Below are positions 1 through 10,300 of a stretch of DNA of 64,000 nt, piece after piece. Position numbers and translations under genes: made by a program. The notes beneath the pieces are model-generated. The model saw only the letters and a program-made list of their open reading frames with translations, was not told where the DNA came from and did not search any database. This DNA comes from Candidatus Omnitrophota bacterium (GTDB taxonomy: Bacteria > Omnitrophota > Gorgyraeia > Zapsychrales > Zapsychraceae), in NCBI GenBank assembly GCA_028280285.1, contig JANQMA010000017.1, positions 64,993 to 128,992 on the forward strand. Reading direction: 5' to 3'. The first letter of the stretch is position 1. Every line of letters starts with the position of its first letter.

Positions 1-378
1 ACGGTTGATGCATTGTGTTTAAAGCAGAATATTGATTGTATCTTTTCGGTTGGTCCCATTGCCACATTGCATGCTCTTCAAAAAGTAATAGCTAATCACA
101 GGATCAAGCATTTCATTCATTTGGCGGCTATTCTTGACTTTGGACTTAAGCATGACTATGAAAGCACGATCCGTCTAAATGGGCAAAGGACCTATTTAGG
201 ATTTAGTCCGTTGATTTACAGTTCAAAGGATATTGACTTGGGGGATATTCTCATGCAAATACAAACATTAAAGGAGTATGATAATTGTCAGCAATTGATA
301 ACCGAGGAGTCTCGTCAGAAAGGCCTGTCGGGGGCTTTGCCGAGGCTGTTGGCGGGCTTAATAAAAGAAAAGCACTAG
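1..378 (+). CDS. 3' end of an upstream gene running off the window edge (unknown product)
   Basis: Frame open from position 1 to TAG 376-378 (ORF track 13..378); no recognisable motif; would overlap next ORF by 94 nt if that starts at 285. Confidence 0.3.
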   Translation, partial: TVDALCLKQNIDCIFSVGPIATLHALQKVIANHRIKHFIHLAAILDFGLKHDYESTIRLNGQRTYLGFSPLIYSSKDIDLGDILMQIQTLKEYDNCQQLITEESRQKGLSGALPRLLAGLIKEKH

Positions 379-1643
379 AGCATGCCGCTATTATGCTTGC
401 AACCAAAGGGCTTCCGGATCACAGAGATGCGCTTCTTAATATTTCTTTGTATGATTTTCTAAGCAATCTTGCAAACGGTGATATTGCATCGGCGCTTAAG
501 ATCATTAAACAGGAAAATTTCCTGCCGACGGTAACCGGACGTTTTTGCAAAGATCCATTTGAAGAGTTCTGTTTGACCGATAAGGACGGCGAGCGTGTAT
601 CCTTTAGAGCTTTAGAGCAATTTGTCGGTGATTATGGTCCTGACAGGCTGCGGGATGTTAAGATAAATACAACGGGTAAAAGCGTCGCAGTGATTGGATC
701 AGGGGTCTCAGGATTAAGTGCGGCCGGTGGGCTGGCGCAACTAGGCCACAGTGTGACGGTTTTTGAAAAAGATGTTCATTGTGGCGGGGTGCTTCATTGG
801 GGTATTCCGTCCTTTCGCTATCCGCGTAAGATATTTGAAAAGGAAATCAAATACCTTAAAAATCTGAGTGTATTGTTTAGGTGTAATTGTTTGATTGGAC
901 AGACAATTGCCTTTGAAGACATAGTTAATGATTTTGATGCCGTGTATGTGAGCACCGGTGCGGGATTATCTAAAACACTTGATGTCGATGGGGAAGATGC
1001 CCCCGGTGTGTACTACGCCGATGATTTTTTAAGGCGGTTTAATCACTGGCAGTCTTTTCCTCAAAGAAAAGATGAATTTGTCTATCCTTTGGGTGAACGT
1101 ATCGCTATTATTGGCAGCGGTAATACGGCTTGTGATTGTGCGCGGGTCTGCCTGCGTTTAGGACGACGTGTAACGATGATTGTTCGGAAAACAGAACAGG
1201 AAATGGGCGTCAGGCGTCAGGTGTTAAAACTCTTAAAAGAAGAAGGCGTTAAGATAGAGAGTCTTGCGAACGTTATTGAAATATTACGCAATGGTAGTTT
1301 TGGCGCATGCGGAGTTAAGGTACGACGTTTTGATTATGCGGAACCCGAGGGAGAGGATGCCTGGATCCTCAAAGAAGTGGCCGGATCGGAGTTCACCGTT
1401 GAAGCGGATAATGTGATTATTGCTATCGGACATACGGCCGATGCCGCTTTAACAAGCACGGTGCACGATTTACAATTAAATAGCGATGGGACGATTTGGA
1501 CGGAGGGTGATTCTACGCAAACGTCGCTTGAGAAGGTTTTTGCCGGGGGTAATGTCGCTGACGGGCCGGGGCCAATCCTTGCGACGATTCTCTCGGCGAA
1601 ACGCGCGGTTTGTGATATTGATGACTGGTTAAACGATAAATAA
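285..1643 (+). CDS. FAD/NAD(P)-binding oxidoreductase of the glutamate synthase small subunit (GltD/NfnB/SudA-like) family; alternative start ATG 393
   Basis: Two dinucleotide-binding motifs in GltD order: VAVIGSGVSGLSAAGGLAQLGHSVTVFE..GGVLHWGIPSFRYP and IAIIGSGNTACDCA; C-terminal AGGNVADGP; ~450 aa. Confidence 0.6.
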   Translation: MSAIDNRGVSSERPVGGFAEAVGGLNKRKALEHAAIMLATKGLPDHRDALLNISLYDFLSNLANGDIASALKIIKQENFLPTVTGRFCKDPFEEFCLTDKDGERVSFRALEQFVGDYGPDRLRDVKINTTGKSVAVIGSGVSGLSAAGGLAQLGHSVTVFEKDVHCGGVLHWGIPSFRYPRKIFEKEIKYLKNLSVLFRCNCLIGQTIAFEDIVNDFDAVYVSTGAGLSKTLDVDGEDAPGVYYADDFLRRFNHWQSFPQRKDEFVYPLGERIAIIGSGNTACDCARVCLRLGRRVTMIVRKTEQEMGVRRQVLKLLKEEGVKIESLANVIEILRNGSFGACGVKVRRFDYAEPEGEDAWILKEVAGSEFTVEADNVIIAIGHTADAALTSTVHDLQLNSDGTIWTEGDSTQTSLEKVFAGGNVADGPGPILATILSAKRAVCDIDDWLNDK

Positions 1644-1654
1644 ACAAGTATCTT

Positions 1655-1716
1655 GTGTAAAGTGTAATGTGTTATGTGTAATTTAAATTACACTTTACAC
1701 GTTACACATGACACAT
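1655..1716. repeat. Intergenic imperfect dyad repeat (GTGTAAAGTGTAATGTG ... CACATTACACTTTACAC)
   Basis: Arms are reverse complements (GTGTAAAGTGTAAT / ATTACACTTTACAC) around TTTAAA centre; between gltD-like stop and panB. Confidence 0.6.
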
Positions 1717-1724
1717 TTTTAAAA

Positions 1725-2597
1725 ATGACCATCGATCAAATAAAGAATAAAAAAGGTAAAGAAAAGATCACGATGCTGACGGCGTATGATTATCCGACCG
1801 GGGTGTGGTTGGATAAAGCTGGGGTGGATATTGTGCTTGTTGGGGACTCGGTGGCCAACGTTGTGCTGGGGTTAGATTCGACGACGGATATGACAATGGA
1901 TCAAATGATCTATCATGCGCAGGCTGTCCGTCGGGGCGTTGCAAACGCGCTGCTCATTGGAGATATGCCGTATGAGTCGTATCAGGTCGATCGCAATGCC
2001 GCCGTTGATAACGCTAAGCGGTTCATTGATGAAGCCGGGTGCGACGGAGTTAAACTGGAATGGTTTGATTCTCCTTCGCTCAGTCAAGAAACGAGCAGTG
2101 GAGCTTCGGAGGGCTTGCGTGATTGTGTTGAAGTCGCTTCGGCGATTGTTCAGGCTGGCATCCCGGTTATGGGGCATGTTGGCCTTACACCACAGACGGC
2201 TGAACAACTCGGCGGGATGAAGGTGCAGGGGAAAGACGCGGATTCTGCTAAGGCAATACTTAAACATGCTCAAGCATTAGAAAGCACGGGGTGCTTTAGT
2301 TTAGTGATTGAGTGTGTGCCAAGTCAATTGGCCAAACTCATTACAGATTCCGTTAATATTCCGACGATCGGCATCGGTGCGGGCGCTGACTGTGACGGGC
2401 AAGTCTTGGTGACGCATGATATGCTGGGGTTGTTTGACCGCTACCGCCCGAAGTTTGTGAAAAATTATGTTAACTTATCGGAAGCGATTGTGGATGGTGT
2501 GAAGCAGTATTGTAATGAAGTTAAAGGAGGAAAGTTTCCGGCAGGGGAGCATGAGTTTAATATGAATGAGGAAGATCTAAAAAAATTGAAAGAATGA
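1725..2597 (+). CDS. panB: 3-methyl-2-oxobutanoate hydroxymethyltransferase (ketopantoate hydroxymethyltransferase)
   Basis: ITMLTAYDYPTG, DIVLVGDSVANVVLG, IGDMPYESY motifs typical of PanB; ORF-track start 1674 lies inside the upstream dyad repeat so ATG 1725 (MTIDQIK) preferred. Confidence 0.8.
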   Translation: MTIDQIKNKKGKEKITMLTAYDYPTGVWLDKAGVDIVLVGDSVANVVLGLDSTTDMTMDQMIYHAQAVRRGVANALLIGDMPYESYQVDRNAAVDNAKRFIDEAGCDGVKLEWFDSPSLSQETSSGASEGLRDCVEVASAIVQAGIPVMGHVGLTPQTAEQLGGMKVQGKDADSAKAILKHAQALESTGCFSLVIECVPSQLAKLITDSVNIPTIGIGAGADCDGQVLVTHDMLGLFDRYRPKFVKNYVNLSEAIVDGVKQYCNEVKGGKFPAGEHEFNMNEEDLKKLKE

Positions 2598-2602
2598 AAA
2601 GG

Positions 2603-2657
2603 GTGATCTGTAGTCTGTGATCAGTGTTCTGACCACGGACCACAGACCACGGAGCAC
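2603..2657. repeat. Intergenic imperfect dyad repeat (GTGATCTGTAGTCTGTGATCAGTG / CACGGACCACAGACCACGGAGCAC)
   Basis: Tandem GTGATC/GTGGTC-type words on left arm, their complements CCAC(G/A)GACCAC on the right. Confidence 0.55.
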
Positions 2658-2661
2658 TTAA

Positions 2662-3564
2662 ATGAGTACACAATTCAAACACCTCCAACGCGCTTTTGCG
2701 CGCAATATTTTTTATTGTGCCCGTACGGTTATTAAACACATACCTTATCCCGTCTACCGCGTTATTTCTATTTTCTTTCTGTGGCTTGGATATTTAATCA
2801 TGTACAAACGCCGCACAATTATGAAACATAATCTTGATCTGGCGTATGGTGATTCGATTACCTCCGAGGAAAAAAGAGATATTCTCAATCAATGTTACAA
2901 AAATGTCGGCCAGGGCATGATCGATTTGATTTATTTTATCGATCGGCCTGAAGAGGTGAAAAAACGTGTTAGATTTGAAGGCTGGGAAAATTTAGAAAAG
3001 GCGCTTGAGGGCGGTAAGGGGGTTATTTTTTTAAGTGGGCATTTTGGGATTTTTATTCTGCTTTACATCCGTATGGCACTTGCCGGGCATGAAGCGAATG
3101 TGATCATGCGCCCGGTCCGCGATGATGACCTGGAAGAATACATTACCAAATTCCGTAAGGAAAACGGTATTAATACTATCTACGCCTTACCGCCGATGCG
3201 TTGCGTAACCCAGTGCCTTAAAGCGCTGCGTAAAAACGGTGTGCTTTTTATTTTGCTTGATCAGCATTATGGTTCCGAGGGCGGGGTTAAGGTTGATTTT
3301 TTCGGGCAACCGGCGGCTACCGCCACCGGGCCGGTTGTTTTTAATAGCCGCACGGGCTCGCCTGTCCTGCCGATTTTCATTGTCCGTGAAGGCGAGGGCA
3401 ATTATCACAAAATCGTGATTGAGCCTCCGGTTGATATTCAGGAGCATGATGATCCTCAAGAAAAAATCCGCATTAATATCCAAAACATGTCGGACATTAT
3501 CGAAAAGTATGTCCGTGCCTACCCCCACGAGTGGAGCGGCTGGCTGCATAAACGTTGGAAATAA
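2662..3564 (+). CDS. Lipid A biosynthesis acyltransferase family protein (LpxL/HtrB-like lysophospholipid acyltransferase)
   Basis: N-terminal membrane anchor, FLSGHFG motif region and overall ~300 aa architecture of the lipid A lauroyl/myristoyl acyltransferase family. Confidence 0.5.
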   Translation: MSTQFKHLQRAFARNIFYCARTVIKHIPYPVYRVISIFFLWLGYLIMYKRRTIMKHNLDLAYGDSITSEEKRDILNQCYKNVGQGMIDLIYFIDRPEEVKKRVRFEGWENLEKALEGGKGVIFLSGHFGIFILLYIRMALAGHEANVIMRPVRDDDLEEYITKFRKENGINTIYALPPMRCVTQCLKALRKNGVLFILLDQHYGSEGGVKVDFFGQPAATATGPVVFNSRTGSPVLPIFIVREGEGNYHKIVIEPPVDIQEHDDPQEKIRINIQNMSDIIEKYVRAYPHEWSGWLHKRWK

Positions 3565-3689
3565 CCGTAACCGGCACCGGGTGCGGGCACACCGGTTAGC
3601 TAAAGGTAACTAGGTGGGAAATAATCTATTTCCTACTTGTTATTTATCCCACTATATTGTATACTTACTTAGTGAGACAGGAGGGCATT

Positions 3690-3992
3690 ATGATAAAAAA
3701 AAGTGTTATTAAAGATTCCCATTTTCGGGAGGTTACCGAAGTAAAGACGGATGCCAAAAACCGGATTACTTTAGGAAAAAATCTCAAATGGCCTAAAGTG
3801 ACAAGTTATGTTGTCTACACCAATGATCTTGGACAAATTGTCCTTGATCCGCAGGTGTCTATTCCTGCGTACGAGCAATGGTTGTTCAAAAATAAGAAAG
3901 CCGCCAAAATGGTGTTTGATGGGCTAGAAGATGCAAAGAAAGGAAACTTCGTCGACGCTCCCGAAGATTTTTCCAAGTATTTAGATGATTAA
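3690..3992 (+). CDS. Small protein, putative antitoxin partner of the downstream RelE/ParE-like gene
   Basis: 100 aa ORF; SD AGGAGGG 4 nt before ATG 3690; stop 4 nt before next ORF start (operon arrangement antitoxin-toxin); no family recognised. Confidence 0.3.
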   Translation: MIKKSVIKDSHFREVTEVKTDAKNRITLGKNLKWPKVTSYVVYTNDLGQIVLDPQVSIPAYEQWLFKNKKAAKMVFDGLEDAKKGNFVDAPEDFSKYLDD

Positions 3993-3995
3993 TTT

Positions 3996-4295
3996 ATGTT
4001 CGAGTTAATATTTACTAAAGCGGCCAAAAGGCACTTAAAAGAAATTGAAAAAGATAGTTCAAAAGCAGGATTGTGTCGGCAGGTCAAAAAATCACTCGGA
4101 TATCTTCAGACAAATCCCAGACACCCTTCTTTAAATACTCATCCGTATGAGGCAATCGACAATCCTATTAATCTTCGCGAAAAGGCCTTTGAGGCTTATG
4201 CGCAAAATAACACACCGTCGGCGTATCGTATTTTTTTCTGTTATGGGCCTGATAAAAAGCAGATTACAATCATTGCCATAACCCCGCATCCATAA
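3996..4295 (+). CDS. Putative type II toxin, RelE/ParE superfamily
   Basis: 99 aa, basic; C-terminal pattern YRIFFCYGPDKKQITIIAITPH resembles the YRIIY..d...v.Il.I.hR signature of RelE/ParE toxins. Confidence 0.45.
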   Translation: MFELIFTKAAKRHLKEIEKDSSKAGLCRQVKKSLGYLQTNPRHPSLNTHPYEAIDNPINLREKAFEAYAQNNTPSAYRIFFCYGPDKKQITIIAITPHP

Positions 4296-4361
4296 AAATT
4301 TGCATTTTCCCACCTATATGGCATACTTGCTAGATAATTCCTATTAATATTAGTAAATTTT

Positions 4362-7300
4362 ATGATTATTAAAAGCAGATTAAAAGTTATTATTAATAAA
4401 GTGCTTGTGTCTGTGGTGTTGACGGCTTTTATTATGACAAGCATTGTGCCGGTCAATTTTGCCCAGGCGCAGGTGACACCACCCATGGCCTTGCCGGCGG
4501 TAGGCACACTGGTGCCGTTATCAAGCGCGCACACCCCTGTTCATTTACTTGGCCTTACCGTGAGTCCCGATAATCCGCTTGCCTTTGATTTTTTGATCCA
4601 CTCGGGCGACAATCCGCCGGCCGAACAAACCCTCAAACAAGAAGCCGATACCCTGATCCGTTATTTTTTGGCCTCTTTAACAATCCCTGAAAAAGACATG
4701 TGGGTCAACTTATCCCCGTATGAAGAGGACCGGATCATCGAGGATAATTTTGCCCGGACTGCGATGGGCCGCGATCTGTTGGCAGAGGATTACATGTTAA
4801 AGCAGTTGACGGCATCGCTGCTTTATCCTGACGGCGATATCGGCAAAGTCTTCTGGCGGCGTGTCAGGCAAAAGGCCGAGGCGCTGGGCCTTAAAGATAT
4901 CCCAACCGAAACCTTTCATAAGATTTGGATTACGCCGGAGTCGGCGACTGTTTTTGAAGATGGACAGACGGCGTATGTGGTGGAGTCGAAGCTTAAGGTC
5001 TTGCTGGAAGAGGATTACTTAGCGTACAGCGAACAGCGGATAGCGAATAGTAGTGCTCAGCAATCAGTTGATAACTCTCTAAACGCTAAACGCCATACGC
5101 TAAACGCTGATTTAATGCGCGAGGTCATCATTCCCGAAATTACGCACGAAGTGAACTATGGCGCACACTTCGCCCGCCTGCGTCAAATCTATGGCGCGAT
5201 GGTGCTTGCCACCTGGTTTAAACAAAATTTAAAACAAACGCTGCTCGGGCAAATCTACGCCGATCAAAGCAAAGTCAAAGGCATTGATACAGTTAAAGAG
5301 GACGCCCACAAGCGTATTTACGCCCAGTACATCGATTCAATTAAAAAAGGCGCCTACAACCTGATTAAAGAAGACTATGATCCGGTGGCCCAACGGATCG
5401 TTGCCCGCAAACACTTCTCCGGCGGTTTCGCACCTGATGCCGCGGCCATTACAACCGTTAAGACGGAAAGCCTGAATGCTGCCGATGTAACCACGCAAAA
5501 ACAAATCAACGACTTTGCCTTTAATTTTGATGCGGCTGTTGCGCAAAAGGAAGTTTTTAACGTACAGACATCATTAGCCGAATCTAAAGAAGACCCCGCG
5601 GCGATGAAGGGAGTTATTGATTCAGCAGTAATGAATGTTCAGCAACAAGATGGTGACTACATCACCCAGCTAGATAAGACGGCCGATGCAGCGGGTTTGA
5701 GCCGGAAAATTCAGGATCTACGCACAATGCCGACGGCCACATTGCAGGCCTATTTTAGTATTCTTAAGTCTGACTTTATGACGGGGCGGACAAAATACAC
5801 GTATCGTCAGCATTCGAGTATCCTTAGCGAATACTGGTCCAAACTGTCTGAACATGAAAGTGAGCTGAGTAACGAAAAGTTTTATTTACAAGATCGTGTA
5901 GGCAGATTTCTTGATGTGACTAAATATCTCGAGGATCTGGATCAAAGAGGTATAAAAAAGATTAAATTAAACGGGGTTGATATTTTTCATCATCTATCCA
6001 ATCTAAGCGAGCCTGGATTGAATCAGGAGAAAATGCTCGAGGATATTTTACAAAGCTTTGCCGAACTTAAAATGATTCGTCCCCGCACTGATCCTGATCA
6101 AAATAAGATATCCAACAGCATTGAATTTAAAGAACGTGAAATTAAACACATTTTCCTCGCCAGTCCTGATGTCAACCAATTTGCTCCTCAGGAGCCGCTT
6201 GTGTTGAGTGTCTTGCTCCATCAGGATGGGGATTTTGAGATTGTTGAGGGTTTTGATATTACAAATGAGGATAGCCTGCGTATTGTTCTTGAAAAAGGAC
6301 AGAGGCCGTCTTTTCATTACCCATTGCCGTCAAGGTTAGGGGATTCTATCCGGATCAGCTTAGACCCGAATGATGAAAACAGTTTGGTCTTTGATAGGCT
6401 TGAGGCCCCAACCGAGCTTGTCCATTTTGCCTTAACGGCCGATGCAGCGAGTTTGCATCATTCCGCGCGCGGGAGAATGCGGTTGTCTCTCGATGACTTT
6501 AGTCTATATACCAGCCTATTAAACGAGAATCTGCAAAGCAAATATTTGTGGCATATTATTATTCAATTGGCTCGTCATGATCTACTAACTAAAGGGTTTT
6601 GGAGTAATGTGCTTGATTTTTCTGAGTCTTTTATTGCATATGACGGCCAGGAGTTATTTAATATGTTGAAAGAATCTTTTACCAAGAAGGGTCATCTGTA
6701 TCCTCAAGAATACCTTGCCCACGCGATCAACTCTTTAGCGACCATCAAGCGCCTTGCGCATAATCACTCTAATACATTTGAATTTAAACCGGGCGAGACA
6801 CAAAACATTGTTATGAAGGTCATCGGTAATGATAAAGTTGAGCCCTTTGTCCTGACAGCCCGGTATGACCGACAAAGGCAACAGTTTGCTTTTAAACGCC
6901 CGTCTTCTAATACAGAAGAGGTTGTGTCAATGAATCGCAAACAAATCTTTGAGATTCTGGATTTTTATAGGATTGAGTTGCGTCCTAGGTTGTCAGAGGA
7001 TGGCTGGACAGCAATGCTTGAGATGACTAATGCACACACTTATAGAGAGTTGTTTACCTATGCATTTACGCCACAGTATCCTCTTGTGTCGGTTCCATCT
7101 GGATTACTTTGGGATTATCTGACCTATCTCGGCCAAAACAAACGTAAACTTTATAAAACATTAGGGATTTTCTCTGTCAATGTTTTACTGCCGGTTGTCT
7201 TTGAGGGCCAGAAGTTAAAGGATATTAATTTTGATGGAAAAAATTTACTCTCCTTTGATGTTCGATGGCCGCAATATCAGTTTAGGCCGTTAATGGACAC

Positions 7301-10300
7301 GCTGAAAGAAAAACAACTACATGATCTCAAAAGGAATAGCAATTCAGCTGTTGATACCTACGTGTTTTCTAAAGAAGTTTTTAATAAGTTGGGAATAGTA
7401 AACAGGAGCGATGATTTTCATGCTATTTTTGACACATTGAATAGTCTGCGTTTTGTCAATCACCACCAAAGCAGTAAACAGCATGCACTTATTCCTGTTT
7501 CAGACAAACCAAAGAATGTGCATATTATCCTGAGAGAAAATGAGAACACTCAAAAAGAATTAATGGATGCCACCGTGAGTAAGCTGGCCGATGATTTGCT
7601 TAGCCTAAGTTTTAACGATAAATCTGTAACGGATCTTGTGATTATTCAGGATCAACAAATACGTTTGACAATAGATAACGAAATTACGCTTATTTTACGG
7701 CAGATTAAGGGGAACCTTCAGATTACATACATAACCAATGATCAAAGCATGCGCGATATCTTTCGCTTCACAGTTGGCTTTGATTCGGCGAGTTTGGGCA
7801 AGGAGAAGGATCTTGTTGGTGTGAAAGGGGTTGATGAAGATGCAGAAAATATTACCATCAGTCAATTTTTAGAGAATGCACCAAATACCATGGTGGCGGC
7901 CTTTAAAAACGGGTTTAAAAATAGAACTGATCATTTTGGACTTTTGAAACGTTTAAATAATAATGAAATGACAGCCAAATGGATACTTATGGCCGACAAA
8001 GTTCTGAGAGAGACTGCAGGGGCAGAAATCACCTACAGAGATTTTTCCTTAATAGACTTCTTGAAACAAAAAGGTTTTTCAAAATTGAGGCGTAATACGA
8101 TGTTTAGCCCCGATTTATTTATAACAATGGATGGAAAAAAGTATATTGGTGTATACGTCGGATCAAAAGGACTAAAAAGCACATTGGGTCAATTTTCTTT
8201 GTCTTCGGTTAAACGAAAGTGGTATAAGAAAATTTTACAAATGGATGGCAGCGGATTGGAAGGTATTATTTTATTAATGGATACTGATACGCCTGAATAT
8301 CCTGTACGTGAATTAACACCTATTAATGAGATGAAGGGTTTTTATGCCTTTCCATTATTTGAGAAGGCATTAATAGAAGCTCATCATAGGAAAGATGATT
8401 TAATAGGGTTTCCAAGCCTTTTATATGCTCATAATTTCAATTATGCTGAATCTTATCTTAATGATCTTATTTCGGATGTGCACAATTCTATTGCATTAAT
8501 TTCACGGATTAATTATTTCAGTCCACAGGAGCTGGCAGATTTCAAAAAGGATGTTGCCTATTACGAAGCTCGTGCACAGCAGTATTTAAATTATGCCAAA
8601 GAGGGTTTTAAAGAGCATCGAAAAGTTTTTGATAAATATATTAAAGAGTATAAACAAAGAAAAATTCCGGGTATTTATAAATTAGAAGAAATGATATTTA
8701 CGCGCAATATAGATATAGGTAATGTCCTTGTTACAAGTTTATTTGTATTGCAGACAGCTAAAACTTTAGAGCAGCTGGGATTTGATATTATTGAGTTTGA
8801 AACTAATTTAAATAGATCCACTAAACCGGACATTATCGTGGCAAAAAATGGCAGTAAATATATTGTAGAAGCTCATTGGCGTGAAGTGAGCCAATCTAAG
8901 TTTTTCGAAAGAAATAGTAGGGGATTTAAAAAGCCTTCTCAAAAGAGACGTTATAGACAGTATGTAGATGCGCATTCTGATTTTAAGGGCGTTATTCTGT
9001 CTTCATCATATCGATTTCAAACTCAAAAATCTAATGTAATCTTTAAGCATAAAAACGATGACAAAAGGACAAAAAGAATATTTATAGATATAAGTGATGA
9101 TCAGGATTTAATCGCTAGGAATATTGAACAAAGTTTTGATGAAGAAAGTTTAGGGTATGTAGACCATCAGCTGCTTTCTGATCAGAAGAAAGACGGGTTT
9201 TCTGATTATGCATCCATGTCTGTGATAAACGAAAACTTCTTAAAAGCAAATTTGAAGCCAGGTAAAAGATTAGAAAGTTTTAAGGATAGATTAGCTGATT
9301 ATTTAAATGAACAAATCCTCTTTGTTCAATCAGCAAAATCACGTGAAAAAATTTATGATCAAGTTGATCTGTTTTTAAGTGGTATTGATAGTTTGATTGA
9401 GGAGTATTTTTTAGACTCAATTGATGTGGATGAAATGTTAAGCGAATATGGGAAGGAATTAATGGCAGATCTGATGGCAGCAGGTGGAGTGAAAAGTGTT
9501 CAAGAGGCTGCAGTGCTCTTACAACGTCTTTTGGTTGTTGCTTTTGAGATGAATCATCGTTTTCTTGAGTTTAAAAATAATAATATTAAAGACGCTGATA
9601 CGGCGAAAAGGTATATTGATCAGTTTCTTAATCCAGGTATTTTAGAGCTCGCACGTAGGGCAGAACAGATGTATAAAAAATTAAAAGTGGCTTATGACAA
9701 TTTTTCCGTTATGGAGGAGTCTTATGTTCAAAGGAGAGGCTCAAATGAATCATTTGAACTGATGATAAAACGCTTTAAAGATGCGTTTTTTTCTGAATAT
9801 GGTTCGGAAACAATGCAGAAGGCTAAGGCAAGTTTTTCTAAAGGCGGCGTACTGCAAAAGCTTAGGGATTTTAAGTTTTCAAATGACAAACTTACTCAAG
9901 AGCAATTAGATGTACTTATAGAGTATGAGACAGTAGTGGATGAGATTGATCAAACGTTGCGTCCAATTTCTAAATATTGGGAGATTTTAATCACATTTTA
10001 TAATGACTTTGCTAACGATGTGGGAGCACAAGTAATACCGCTTAATGAAGGCCCATCCGTTTCCGTAAATTTCAACTTTCATAATCAATTTTCAGGTTTA
10101 AGTGGGGAAAGAACTAGTCTTAACGACGCGGCGGGGTTAAGTAAACAGGCGCAAGCTATGACGAAACTATCTCTTGGCCCATTGGAAAGACATTTAGAAG
10201 TTCTTGAAGCCTTTGAAGAGAAAGGTGTTTTAACATACTCTCTGGAAAATTACATGGAAGTTATCACAATGGGGGTAAACCCCAATAAAATAGGGGATTT

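Noticed and set aside
1674-1724. ORF-track start of panB at 1674 (MCNLNYTLHVTHDTFLK...)
   Set aside because: These codons lie inside the intergenic dyad repeat 1655-1716; PanB homology begins at MTIDQIK (1725).
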